From positions 1-39,057 of the IMG/VR virus record IMGVR_UViG_3300026975_000004: a DNA stretch of 39,057 bases; one strand, 5' to 3'. The DNA comes from a virus. Its lineage: Duplodnaviria; Caudoviricetes. Of the stretch, positions 26,485 to 35,235 are shown one piece after another. The position numbers and the translations under genes were made by a program. Numbering within the stretch: position 1 is the first letter of the stretch; every line of letters starts with the position of its first letter. The notes under the pieces are model-generated. The model was not told where the DNA came from, made no database searches, and saw only the letters and a program-made list of their open reading frames with translations.

Positions 26485-28476
26485 ATGCGAAGCACGTATA
26501 AATATCTGATTCTGATGGCGGTGCTGGGCCTCGTGTTTATCCTGGGGCCGCTGCTGGCCTATGGTGACGATGTGGTGCCAATGGATTTTAAGCTGCGCAA
26601 GGGCATCGAGGTGACGGACGACGAGGTGAAGATTAAAGACGGTAGGTCTCTTACTGTTGGTGCTACAGGCTCAATTTCTGAAGAAACCAACACCATGACG
26701 TTAGACGATGGCGACGGTTTGCCGATTACGCTGCAAGAGATCCGCAACGCTACCGGTGGAACTGACACGACGGCCATCCACGACAACCAGGCTGGCGAAA
26801 TTAATGCGGTCTCGCAGGAGGGCACGGCCCTTGAAGACGGAGACGCACTGATCGGTGAAGACGCTCAAAACAGTTACGCTAAGATCAAGATTCTGCTGTC
26901 TGAACTATGGACGTACATATCCGGCAAAATCAGCGCAACCTATCCGAACCTGGACACCGACAGCACGGATGATTTTGACGGCGCCTGGTCTAATCTGACC
27001 GGGACCCCAACCACACTTGCCGGATACGGGATTACGGACGCCCAAGCCGACCTCGACGTCCCAAGTCAAGCCGAAGCCGAGGCCGGGACAGCGACAACGG
27101 AAAGGGTTTGGACGGCGCAGCGGATTTCGCAGGCCATTGCCGCGTTGGCCGGTGGTGGTACGGATGATCAGACGGCGGCGGAAGTAACGGCGGTTGATGA
27201 GTTTGACAACTCCAATTCGACCAATGTGCAAGACGTTCTGGACGACTTGGACGCAGCGATCGCGGGCGGCGGGTCTACGCTCGGGGACGTTGCCGTTACC
27301 GCGCCGCTTACAGGGGCAACAAACGATATTTTACCCGGAACAGACGGCACAAAGATCACCATTGCCATGCCAGCGGCTACCAATAGCGCTGACGGATACA
27401 TGACATCAGCACAGGTTACGGCTTTAGAAGCGATTGACACTGTATTAGAACGCAACGCCGCATTCGCCGGGGCGGTTTTGTCATCTGCTCCCGGCAGCCC
27501 GACCAACGGCCAATTGGCTATTGCCGACGGCGACAACTGGCAGCCCGGATCCACCGACCAGGGCACCGACGACTGGCTGTGCATTTACCGGTCCAGTGAT
27601 ACCACATGGGTGGGTGTCTACAACATTACGGACGGCACGTTGATTGCGTCTAATGCGGTACTGACCGGAGATCTGGGTACGGGGGTGCAGACGGCCCTGG
27701 GTATCGAAGCCGGAACATCCGGCGGCTTTGCCATGCACGACGACTTGCCTACCGCAGCAACCCGGGACAGTCTTGGGCTTGATACAGACGATACCCCACA
27801 ATTCGCTGGCATCGAAGTCGGCAACGCCTCCGACACGACCGTCACGCGATCTGCGGCGGGTGTTATCGCCGTCGAGGGCACCGATCTTGTGCGGGCATCC
27901 AGCGATATCAACAATGCTGGAGTTATCCAAGCTAATGCAGTCGATGCGTCCATGATTAATGATTGGTACGCTTACGACGAAATCCCCGTAGCCTGGATGC
28001 AGGACGGCACCAGTGCTCCGGCGGCCCTGGACGATGCCAGCACCCGCAGCCCGTTTGTCTACCGGGATTTTGACGATGAAGCCGACGAAGATTTAAATTT
28101 TGTCTGGTTCGTGCCTGCCGATCTTTCCGGGTCTACTATCCAATACCGAGTCAAATATTTGATTACCAATGCAACTGGCCCAAGCGCTACTGAAGGCGTG
28201 GCTTTTGGCCTTTCCGGTGTTTCTGCCGGTAACAATGACGCCACGAACGGAACCAAGGGAACGGTGGTCGTTGTAACCGATGACACTCTTAATGCCGCAC
28301 AACATGACGTGATGGTAACCGGTTGGAGTGGGGATGTAACGGTAACGAGCCTTGCCGCTGGGGAGGTCGCAGAGATGGCCCTGATCAGAGATGTTTCTGA
28401 CACGGTGGATGACTATGCGCAGGACGTTGGCGTGCTTTCAGTAGAAATCCGATATGTCCAGAACGTAGCGAGGTAA
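26485..28476 (+). CDS. Tail fibre-like protein with N-terminal signal peptide
   Basis: MRSTYKYLILMAVLGLVFILGPLLAYG signal; fibre motifs PTTLAGYGITDA, SQAEAEAGT...TAQRISQAI, PAATNSADGYMTS. Confidence 0.75.
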   Translation: MRSTYKYLILMAVLGLVFILGPLLAYGDDVVPMDFKLRKGIEVTDDEVKIKDGRSLTVGATGSISEETNTMTLDDGDGLPITLQEIRNATGGTDTTAIHDNQAGEINAVSQEGTALEDGDALIGEDAQNSYAKIKILLSELWTYISGKISATYPNLDTDSTDDFDGAWSNLTGTPTTLAGYGITDAQADLDVPSQAEAEAGTATTERVWTAQRISQAIAALAGGGTDDQTAAEVTAVDEFDNSNSTNVQDVLDDLDAAIAGGGSTLGDVAVTAPLTGATNDILPGTDGTKITIAMPAATNSADGYMTSAQVTALEAIDTVLERNAAFAGAVLSSAPGSPTNGQLAIADGDNWQPGSTDQGTDDWLCIYRSSDTTWVGVYNITDGTLIASNAVLTGDLGTGVQTALGIEAGTSGGFAMHDDLPTAATRDSLGLDTDDTPQFAGIEVGNASDTTVTRSAAGVIAVEGTDLVRASSDINNAGVIQANAVDASMINDWYAYDEIPVAWMQDGTSAPAALDDASTRSPFVYRDFDDEADEDLNFVWFVPADLSGSTIQYRVKYLITNATGPSATEGVAFGLSGVSAGNNDATNGTKGTVVVVTDDTLNAAQHDVMVTGWSGDVTVTSLAAGEVAEMALIRDVSDTVDDYAQDVGVLSVEIRYVQNVAR

Positions 28477-28478
28477 CG

Positions 28479-29090
28479 ATGAAAAAACTATTAATCGTTT
28501 TTCTTCTCCTAACATGGCCTTGCATTCTTACTGCCGACCTAAACCCCTATGTGGCTGGGGGCGGGACGCCTACGGCGGAGTCTTGCGCCGGGGGCAGCGA
28601 CGGAACCCTTGGGTCCGCGAATACCTCATATGGCGGCTTCGTTTTAAGCGATTACGACCTGGTTTATTCAGAATTTACAGCCGACTCAGCCGATGATGGC
28701 AGCATAACGTATATCCATGTTCAAATTCGCAATAATGACGGCGGTACATGCGAGGCGGGTATATGGAGTCTGTCGGGCACGACAGCAACGCTACTCAATG
28801 ATACGTCCACAGTGAGCGGTAGCAACGGCAACCCGCAGACGATCAACCTGGCAATACCATCCACCTGTATAGTTGACGGAACAACGTATTTGTTAGGCGT
28901 GTCGTGCGACGATACAGATACGTCATGGTCTGGATTCTGTGGAGCATACGATGCCGCCGCATCGGTCATGCACCATAGCGGCATGGAACCGGGTGGCCTG
29001 GGAAATTTCTCCACATCAGGCGATACAGAGGTTCAGTCCTCCAGACCGCTATCAATCGTGGTTAACAATTCATCGTCGAGTCCATTCTAA
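28479..29090 (+). CDS. Signal-peptide beta-rich protein
   Basis: MKKLLIVFLLLTWPCILTA signal; Ser/Thr/Gly-rich, several Cys. Confidence 0.7.
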   Translation: MKKLLIVFLLLTWPCILTADLNPYVAGGGTPTAESCAGGSDGTLGSANTSYGGFVLSDYDLVYSEFTADSADDGSITYIHVQIRNNDGGTCEAGIWSLSGTTATLLNDTSTVSGSNGNPQTINLAIPSTCIVDGTTYLLGVSCDDTDTSWSGFCGAYDAAASVMHHSGMEPGGLGNFSTSGDTEVQSSRPLSIVVNNSSSSPF

Positions 29091-29959
29091 TGATGAGAAT
29101 AATAGTTTCGATCATAATCCTTTTTTCAATTGCCCGGTCGGCTCCTGCTGAGATTCTTTGGCAGGACGACTTCGAGTATGGGCAGGACTATGCAAATATT
29201 TCTGCGTTGGCTGGCAATTCAACATTCACGACCCGCTGGCCAGACGAACGCCAGGAAAGCACTGGCACAATATCTGTGCAATCCACATACGCTCATGGCG
29301 GTAGCCGTGCCCTCTACATGGAGGGGGTCAGCCAAACCAATGCGTTTATCAGCCACAACATTACCCTGAGAGATGAGTTGTGGGTATCCATGTGGATTCG
29401 CCCAGATTATGGCACTGCGGACGGAAAATTAATCTACACCTATGACAACCTGAGCGGCGCTGGCGGCGGATGGGTGCTAAAATACCAGCAGGATTATCGC
29501 TGGACAGGTGTATGCGCTACGGGGTCTGCCAATCAACAAGATTTCGGTGGCACGGGTTGGAGCCTGCACTATCTCGGTCCTGGCGGGGCGACGAATGAAA
29601 CCGGCCTCGAAAATCTGGCTAATGGCATCGCCACATTTGATCAGTGGACACGTTACGTGCTGCATGTTGATGCGTCGGATGGCACGGTCGAATTATGGGT
29701 TGATACGGGCAGCGGTCTGACCAAGACGGGCGACCGTACTGTCTCTGGAACAGCGTGTGACCCCGGCGGCACGTTACGATTCAAGCTGATTTTGCTCCCC
29801 CAGTCGTCATCAGCCGCCGTTTATATAGACGATTTTATAGCAGGCACGACTGCTGCTGATGTCGGTATAGGGAGTTCTCCGTCAGCAAGCGCCACGATCC
29901 ATCGCGCCACGTCTGGGGCGGCTTTCGAACGGGCCGCCAATGGGGCGGCGTTTGAGTAA
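29090..29959 (+). CDS. Signal-peptide protein, ConA/LamG- or polysaccharide-lyase-like jelly roll
   Basis: MMRIIVSIIILFSIARSAPA signal; WQDDFE, AHGGSRAL, WVSMWIRP, DQWTRY..H, DGTVELWVD, VYIDDF. Confidence 0.65.
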   Translation: MMRIIVSIIILFSIARSAPAEILWQDDFEYGQDYANISALAGNSTFTTRWPDERQESTGTISVQSTYAHGGSRALYMEGVSQTNAFISHNITLRDELWVSMWIRPDYGTADGKLIYTYDNLSGAGGGWVLKYQQDYRWTGVCATGSANQQDFGGTGWSLHYLGPGGATNETGLENLANGIATFDQWTRYVLHVDASDGTVELWVDTGSGLTKTGDRTVSGTACDPGGTLRFKLILLPQSSSAAVYIDDFIAGTTAADVGIGSSPSASATIHRATSGAAFERAANGAAFE

Positions 29960-29985
29960 TTAAAGACGTCTGAAAGGACACGGGG

Positions 29986-30828
29986 ATGATCCCGGATCTG
30001 GACGATAAATTCATTAAATTCCGGCGGCACATGCTGGTCTATGACGGCCTGGCGACCACCTCGGCCGACAACCTGGCCCGGGTGGCGCGCAAGATCCTGA
30101 CCGACCTTGGCACGGCGGCGCCCACCATCGAGCAGGTGGAGATCTATATCGAGTCCCTGCGGGAGTCGGATTATTCGTGGAGCCACATCTGCAACCAGAT
30201 GCTGGCCATCGAGCGCTACATGCGTTTCATCGGCCAGCAGGTCAAGTTCGGTCGACCGCGCAAGCCCCGGCGGGTGGTGAGCAACACCCTTACCGAGGCG
30301 GAAGTGGCCATCCTGATCGACGCGGCCAGGGGCTCCCGCGAGCGGGCGCTGATGGCCATGCTGGCCTATGCCGTGCCCCGCAACCAGGAGCTGTGCGATT
30401 TGCGGGTGCGCCACGTGGATATCGCCAACCACGAGGTTTATATCGAGGACGGCAAGGGGGCTCGGGACCGGATTGCCTACATCCCCGGCGAGTGCGCCCG
30501 GATCCAGGCAGAGTATATCCACGATCACCGGTTGACCGCCGACATGATGCTTTTCAAGCCAACGCGGGGTGGCGAGCCCAAAATGCGGCCGCATGTTGTC
30601 CGGCGCACCGTCGCCCGGATTGCGGCCCGCACCAAAATCGAGAAGAAAATCTACCCGCACATCTTCCGGCACTCATGGGCCACCAACATGCTCAACCGCG
30701 GCGCCAACCCCCGCACGATCCAGGCGCAGCTGGGCCACAGTTTTCTGGAAACCACCATGCTCTACTTGGAGAACCGGCCGCGACACGTCAAGAACGAGTG
30801 CCAGATGTTCGCGCCGGCTTATATGTGA
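29986..30828 (+). CDS. Tyrosine recombinase (XerC/D-like)
   Basis: Complete catalytic set: R (PRNQE), K (GKG), HxxR (HIFRH), H (LGHS), Y (TMLY). Confidence 0.92.
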   Translation: MIPDLDDKFIKFRRHMLVYDGLATTSADNLARVARKILTDLGTAAPTIEQVEIYIESLRESDYSWSHICNQMLAIERYMRFIGQQVKFGRPRKPRRVVSNTLTEAEVAILIDAARGSRERALMAMLAYAVPRNQELCDLRVRHVDIANHEVYIEDGKGARDRIAYIPGECARIQAEYIHDHRLTADMMLFKPTRGGEPKMRPHVVRRTVARIAARTKIEKKIYPHIFRHSWATNMLNRGANPRTIQAQLGHSFLETTMLYLENRPRHVKNECQMFAPAYM

Positions 30829-30927
30829 CACGGGGAGAACTGCCCATGGAAAAGTCACTGCGGAATCACATCAACGCCACGGCGGCCCTCCTGGAAGATC
30901 AGGCCGCGCGGCTAAAGGAGATCGAAA

Positions 30928-31305
30928 ATGAAAAGGATATTTATCGTCGTTGCGCTCTGCTTATTGGTTTGCGTGCTGGCCGGGGTATCCCATGCGGCCA
31001 CCGACAGCGTGAACCTGAGCTGGGGGGCCAGCCCGTCGGATGACGTGGCCGGCTACAATATCTATTACGGCACGGCGCCGGATGCCTTTGGCGCCCCCAT
31101 CGCCGTGGGCAACGTGACCGCCTACGAGCTGGCCATCGAAGATATTCCGGACGGGGCCGACACCACCTACTATTTCGGCGTGTCGGCCGTGGACACCAGC
31201 GGCAACGAGAGCAGCATTACCAGTGTTACCCCGGACGGGGTGGCGACCACCAAGCGGTGGGATTTTTTGGCACCGAGCCCGCCTCCCAGCCTGTCCGCCG
31301 AGTAG
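30928..31305 (+). CDS. Signal-peptide fibronectin type III domain protein
   Basis: MKRIFIVVALCLLVCVLAGVSHA signal; LSW, GYNIYYG, YYFGVSAVDTSGNES FN3 motifs; AAGGAG RBS. Confidence 0.85.
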   Translation: MKRIFIVVALCLLVCVLAGVSHAATDSVNLSWGASPSDDVAGYNIYYGTAPDAFGAPIAVGNVTAYELAIEDIPDGADTTYYFGVSAVDTSGNESSITSVTPDGVATTKRWDFLAPSPPPSLSAE

Positions 31306-31491
31306 TGATGACAGTCAAGGAGCCGGGCATTACACGGCCCATCGAGTTTTTGATCACCGTGGAGCCGGAATAAGAGGTGCCACCGCCGGGTGCTGCAACA
31401 CCCGGATGCCGGCCATGGAGACAACCGGCGGCGGTGGCGTAAATCGGACGACATTCAAAAACGCACGCGGGCAGCACATGGAGACCACCCT

Positions 31492-31962
31492 ATGGGCAGC
31501 ATCGACCCTAAATTTTTGGCCACGATCTGGACGGTCCTGACCTTTCTTTTTTCCGCGGGCATCGCCTACGGCACCATGCGCCTGACCCTGCGGCATCACA
31601 CCCGGGAGATCTCCGAAATCAAAGCCCGCCAGGACAAACACGAATTGACCACCCGCAGCACCCTCGATCACCACGAAGAGGAGACCCGCCAGCAGCTCGA
31701 CCGCCACGCGGACTGGCTGAAGAGTGCCCTGTACCGCGCCAGCGGGGTGACCAACTACCTGCCCCGGGAGGAGTGCGAGCAGTGCCGGGTCAGCTGCCAG
31801 AGCCGCCTGGACGCCCGCCTGGAAACCATGCAGCGCATGATCGAAGAGGGTGAGCGCAAGCGCGAGGCCAGCAAGGACCAGTGGGCCGCCGAATTCAAAA
31901 AGATCGCCCAGTCGATTGGCCGCCTGGAGGGCAAGCTGGGCAACGGGAACGGTGGCGCATGA
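31492..31962 (+). CDS. Single-TM coiled-coil protein of the lysis module
   Basis: N-terminal TM FLATIWTVLTFLFSAGIAYG, coiled coil, ATGA overlap with endolysin. Confidence 0.65.
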   Translation: MGSIDPKFLATIWTVLTFLFSAGIAYGTMRLTLRHHTREISEIKARQDKHELTTRSTLDHHEEETRQQLDRHADWLKSALYRASGVTNYLPREECEQCRVSCQSRLDARLETMQRMIEEGERKREASKDQWAAEFKKIAQSIGRLEGKLGNGNGGA

Positions 31963-32261
31963 CCCTGCGCGAGAAGCAGAGCCGCTTTGTGTGGATGGTC
32001 TCCCGCCTGATCCGCTATGCCTATAACCTGGGCTACGAGCTGACGTTCGGCGATGCCTGGGCGCGGGATGGCCACATGGACGGCAGCCTGCACTACATCC
32101 GCCTGGCCATCGATCTCAACCTGTTTAAAGACGGCACATATTTGACGACCACCGAGGACCACCGGCCCCTGGGGGAGTACTGGGAATCCATCGGCGGATC
32201 GTGGGGCGGCCGTTTCGGCGACGGCAACCACTATTCCCTGGCCCACAACGGCCGGAAATAA
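31959..32261 (+). CDS. Endolysin, peptidase M15 family
   Basis: SLHYIRLAIDL and WGGRFGDGNHYS zinc-peptidase motifs. Confidence 0.9.
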   Translation: MTLREKQSRFVWMVSRLIRYAYNLGYELTFGDAWARDGHMDGSLHYIRLAIDLNLFKDGTYLTTTEDHRPLGEYWESIGGSWGGRFGDGNHYSLAHNGRK

Positions 32262-32283
32262 ATTTCAAAGAACGGAGACAATC

Positions 32284-32700
32284 ATGGAATCCATTTTAAC
32301 CAGCATGGCCATCCAGATACTGGCCCCCATCGCGGTGTCCGTTGCCTCGGCCCTGATCATCTGGCTGTTGGGCGAGGCCGGCCGCTGGGTGCGCACCAAA
32401 ACCCAGAATGAAAAAGTGATCAATGCCATGGACCGCCTGACCTGCACGGCCGCCACCACCGTGGCCGAGCTGGAGCAGGCCCTGGTGCCCGCTCTCAAGG
32501 CCCGGACCGAGGATGGCAAACTGACGGCCCGGGAGCGCGGCCAGCTGCAGCGCCTGGCCCTGGAAAAAATCAAGACGCGCCTGACCCCCGCCATCCAACA
32601 GCAGGCGGGCTTGGCCATTGCCGACCTGGACAGCTTCCTGCAGGCCAAGATCGAGCAGGCCGTTTTGCAAATGAAGGTGACCAATGCCGTCCTCAAATAA
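32284..32700 (+). CDS. Holin-like protein (LL-H-like, one TM)
   Basis: N-terminal TM, TTVAELEQ and KIEQAV..MK pattern, adjacent to endolysin. Confidence 0.6.
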   Translation: MESILTSMAIQILAPIAVSVASALIIWLLGEAGRWVRTKTQNEKVINAMDRLTCTAATTVAELEQALVPALKARTEDGKLTARERGQLQRLALEKIKTRLTPAIQQQAGLAIADLDSFLQAKIEQAVLQMKVTNAVLK

Positions 32701-33250
32701 CCTGGCCCTCTACCTGAGCTACCGCCGCCGGATCCGGCCGGCGGACCTGATCTCCTGGCTGGGTACCGGCGATCTGTCCCGGGCCATTGCCGACCGTGTG
32801 CCCGACGGCAAGCCCGTGCGCTCGCACGTGTCCGGGGTGATTCCGGGCTGGTCGAAATTTCCCCGGGTTATCATCGGCGAGGCCGACCAGGGCGAGGTCA
32901 ACATCCGGGCCCTGTCCGCCAAGCTAGCCGGTTATGACGGCCAGGCCTGGTGGCACCCCCTGCGCCCGGAGCTGGACGCCTACCGCGACGCCATAAGCCT
33001 CTACTACTGGCGGCACATCGGCGTGGACTACGACGAGTGGGGCGTGGTGCGCAACCTGTTCGGCTACGTGGACGCGGACGACAGCAAGCTGTGGTGCAGC
33101 GAGCTGTGCGGCCTGGCCTCCTGCGAGATTCCAATCGGCCTGATGGAACCCGTCAACGCGGCCGTACGCCTGTTAAAGGACGGCAAGGGCCTGCGCCCCT
33201 GCGACTGCGCCATGCTGCCGATCTACGGCGAACCGGAGCGCATCCTGTAA
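32684..33250 (+). CDS. Permuted papain-like NlpC/P60 (YiiX/YebB-like) protein
   Basis: SHV (His) precedes WCSEL (Cys); IGVDYD motif. Confidence 0.7.
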   Translation: MPSSNNLALYLSYRRRIRPADLISWLGTGDLSRAIADRVPDGKPVRSHVSGVIPGWSKFPRVIIGEADQGEVNIRALSAKLAGYDGQAWWHPLRPELDAYRDAISLYYWRHIGVDYDEWGVVRNLFGYVDADDSKLWCSELCGLASCEIPIGLMEPVNAAVRLLKDGKGLRPCDCAMLPIYGEPERIL

Positions 33251-33302
33251 TACAGTACCCGTGTTGTCGGACCTACAAAAAATGTAGCATTAAATCAGCC
33301 CC

Positions 33303-33716
33303 TCACATTATCGCCACGTCATGAACCCCGCATTTGTCATCGAGCCAATCGGGGATTTCATACCGTTTACCGCCATCCATGATCATTGTGGTGATGTTTT
33401 CGATGCGGAATGTCCGTTGTTCGTCCCGCTTTTCGCAGAGCCCCTGCAGGTACAGGTATCCCCTGCCATCCTTTAGAACGCGCTTCACCTGCACTGTCCG
33501 GCGCTCTTTCGGCTTGTAATCGTGATGGGGCTTGTAGGTGAACGAAACTTTGCGTGGCCTTCCTTCCCAGAGCGTGGCGGTGTCGTCTTTCCAGTCGTTC
33601 AATGATTTGTATTTTTTAGGTGCGGCAGGTGCTGGCTGTGGCTTGGCTGGCTTGTCGCGGTTGTAGAGCCACCAGAGGAGACCGACGAATAAAAGAATAA
33701 TTAGCAAAGATTTCAT
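33303..33716 (-). CDS. Membrane-anchored WYL-domain protein
   Basis: N-terminal TM; VSFTY...ERRTV...YLQGLCEKRDEQRTFRIENI WYL signature. Confidence 0.8.
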   Translation of the reverse strand: MKSLLIILLFVGLLWWLYNRDKPAKPQPAPAAPKKYKSLNDWKDDTATLWEGRPRKVSFTYKPHHDYKPKERRTVQVKRVLKDGRGYLYLQGLCEKRDEQRTFRIENITTMIMDGGKRYEIPDWLDDKCGVHDVAIM

Positions 33717-33740
33717 GTCGATTGCCTTTTTATCTGGATA

Positions 33741-34109
33741 TCATCCCCGGTCCATGATGTACCCGCAGTTTCGGCATTTGAAGACTTTCTTTTTCATGAT
33801 TAGCAGCCACCCGATCAGGCCACCCACCAGCGAGCTTATGCCGACAAAAATGGATGCTCCGTAGGAGATGGCCGACCCTACTGCTGCGCCTGCCATTTCC
33901 GCGTCGGAAGATGCCTGCTGCATGACTTCGGTGGTGGCTGTGGTGGTGCCGAAAAACATGATCACGGCCAAGCCGACGCCCAGCAGCGAAGGGATGACGA
34001 TCACGTATCCGATAAAGCGCACCACACCGTTAAATTTTGGGATTTTCGTTGCTTCCATCGATCGCTGCATCTTACACCCCTGACAATCCAGCATTGGTTG
34101 CTTGCTCAT
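33741..34109 (-). CDS. Two-TM membrane protein with split Zn-ribbon
   Basis: CQGC at N-terminus and CRNCG at C-terminus flank two TM helices; AGGAG RBS before ATG 34109. Confidence 0.75.
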   Translation of the reverse strand: MSKQPMLDCQGCKMQRSMEATKIPKFNGVVRFIGYVIVIPSLLGVGLAVIMFFGTTTATTEVMQQASSDAEMAGAAVGSAISYGASIFVGISSLVGGLIGWLLIMKKKVFKCRNCGYIMDRG

Positions 34110-34368
34110 GCGCAGTTCTCCTGTATGGATAGAGGTCCGTTTTAAATCGGGATGGTTTGTCAAGCGCGCCCCGTTGCGGGGCGGGGGAACTGCCGGCTTA
34201 TCGTGCCAGTGTTTTGGGGAGCGTGTCAGTCGCCCCGGTGATTTATCCTGTGTCAAATGCCGAATTCTACCTGAATGAGTTGTCCGTGTGTTGCCCCACA
34301 GCGGGGGCACCGGGGCGGCCCGTGGTCCTGCGCCTGCTCGTCCTGGCCGCCAAGCGGGACGACAGGCG

Positions 34369-34860
34369 CTATTCGCCCACGACCGATTTGCCGTTGGCGG
34401 GCCCCTCGCGTTTGCGCCGCCGCACTTTGCTGTACATGGTTTTGATCATGTCGCAGATGATCTCGTAGTGCTCCTGGTCGGAGGCCTCGATTTCCACCAG
34501 CATGGAGTTGACCATGCGGGCGGTTTCCTTGTCTTTAAACCGGGTGATGATTTCCTCGTGGTCGAGGTCGATCACCTTGGGCGGATTGTATCGGGCGGTT
34601 TCCTCTTTAATCGTATTGGCCGATGTTTCCGCGGCCTGATCTGCTTTTATCTGTTGTTCGATCTCCCCGATGGATGTGCCGCAGGCTTCGGCCACGCTGA
34701 CCAGAAGATCTATCGAGCATTTTCTTTGTCCCCTCAAAGCCATGGAAAGCATGCTTGGTTTGACACCAACTTTAGCCGCAATTGTTTTCTGATTGATGTC
34801 CTTTCTTTGGCGGATCAACCCCTGCAGGCGCTCTTTAATATTTCGTGCATTATCAGTCAC
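34369..34860 (-). CDS. cI-like XRE-family repressor
   Basis: INQKTIAAKVGVKPSMLSMALRG HTH; divergent from cro; start uncertain (GTG 34860). Confidence 0.8.
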   Translation of the reverse strand: MTDNARNIKERLQGLIRQRKDINQKTIAAKVGVKPSMLSMALRGQRKCSIDLLVSVAEACGTSIGEIEQQIKADQAAETSANTIKEETARYNPPKVIDLDHEEIITRFKDKETARMVNSMLVEIEASDQEHYEIICDMIKTMYSKVRRRKREGPANGKSVVGE

Positions 34861-34873
34861 ATATTCTTGTTTA

Positions 34874-34960
34874 TTCTCAAATAGAGAATTATTCAAACAA
34901 AATAAATTGCCATATGGTGAATTTTCTCTTGACAGAGTTATAGAATTCACTATATGTGTA
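34874..34960. promoter_or_regulatory. cI/cro operator-promoter region
   Basis: Three 15-bp TTCWC-N5-GWGAA-like palindromes (34874-34888, 34907-34921, 34946-34960); TTGACA at 34929-34934 with TATATG 16 nt later. Confidence 0.7.
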
Positions 34961-34965
34961 CCCCC

Positions 34966-35223
34966 ATGAAAATGAAACAGAAAGACATCGCCAAAAAAGT
35001 CGGCATCAGCCAGTCATACGTCTGCGAGATCATCAACCGCAATCGGCGGCCAGCGTGGCCGGTGGCCAAGCGGCTGGCGGAAGCCACGGGCACCAGTCCG
35101 GTGTTGTGGCTGGAAGGCACCACCGAGCAGATCCGCCAGGTGCTGGCCGGCGACATCGAGGACCCGTATTTTTTGCCGGGCCGTTTGCCGTCTGCGGATG
35201 GCGAATGCCGTGACCAGGTGTAG
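34966..35223 (+). CDS. Cro-like XRE HTH protein
   Basis: KQKDIAKKVGISQSYVCEII..RRP...AKRLAEATG. Confidence 0.85.
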   Translation: MKMKQKDIAKKVGISQSYVCEIINRNRRPAWPVAKRLAEATGTSPVLWLEGTTEQIRQVLAGDIEDPYFLPGRLPSADGECRDQV

Positions 35224-35235
35224 GGGGAGGCGACC

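Noticed and set aside
22984-29959. Diversity-generating retroelement
   Set aside because: No reverse transcriptase and no TR/VR pair seen
30846-31043. ORF MEKSLRNHIN... after the recombinase
   Set aside because: Overlaps the well-supported FN3 gene by more than 100 nt; at most a remnant
26067-31305. Shufflon/invertible tail-fibre cassette driven by the recombinase
   Set aside because: All genes are on one strand, and I saw no inverted repeats or silent inverted cassettes by eye; a computed repeat search could overturn this
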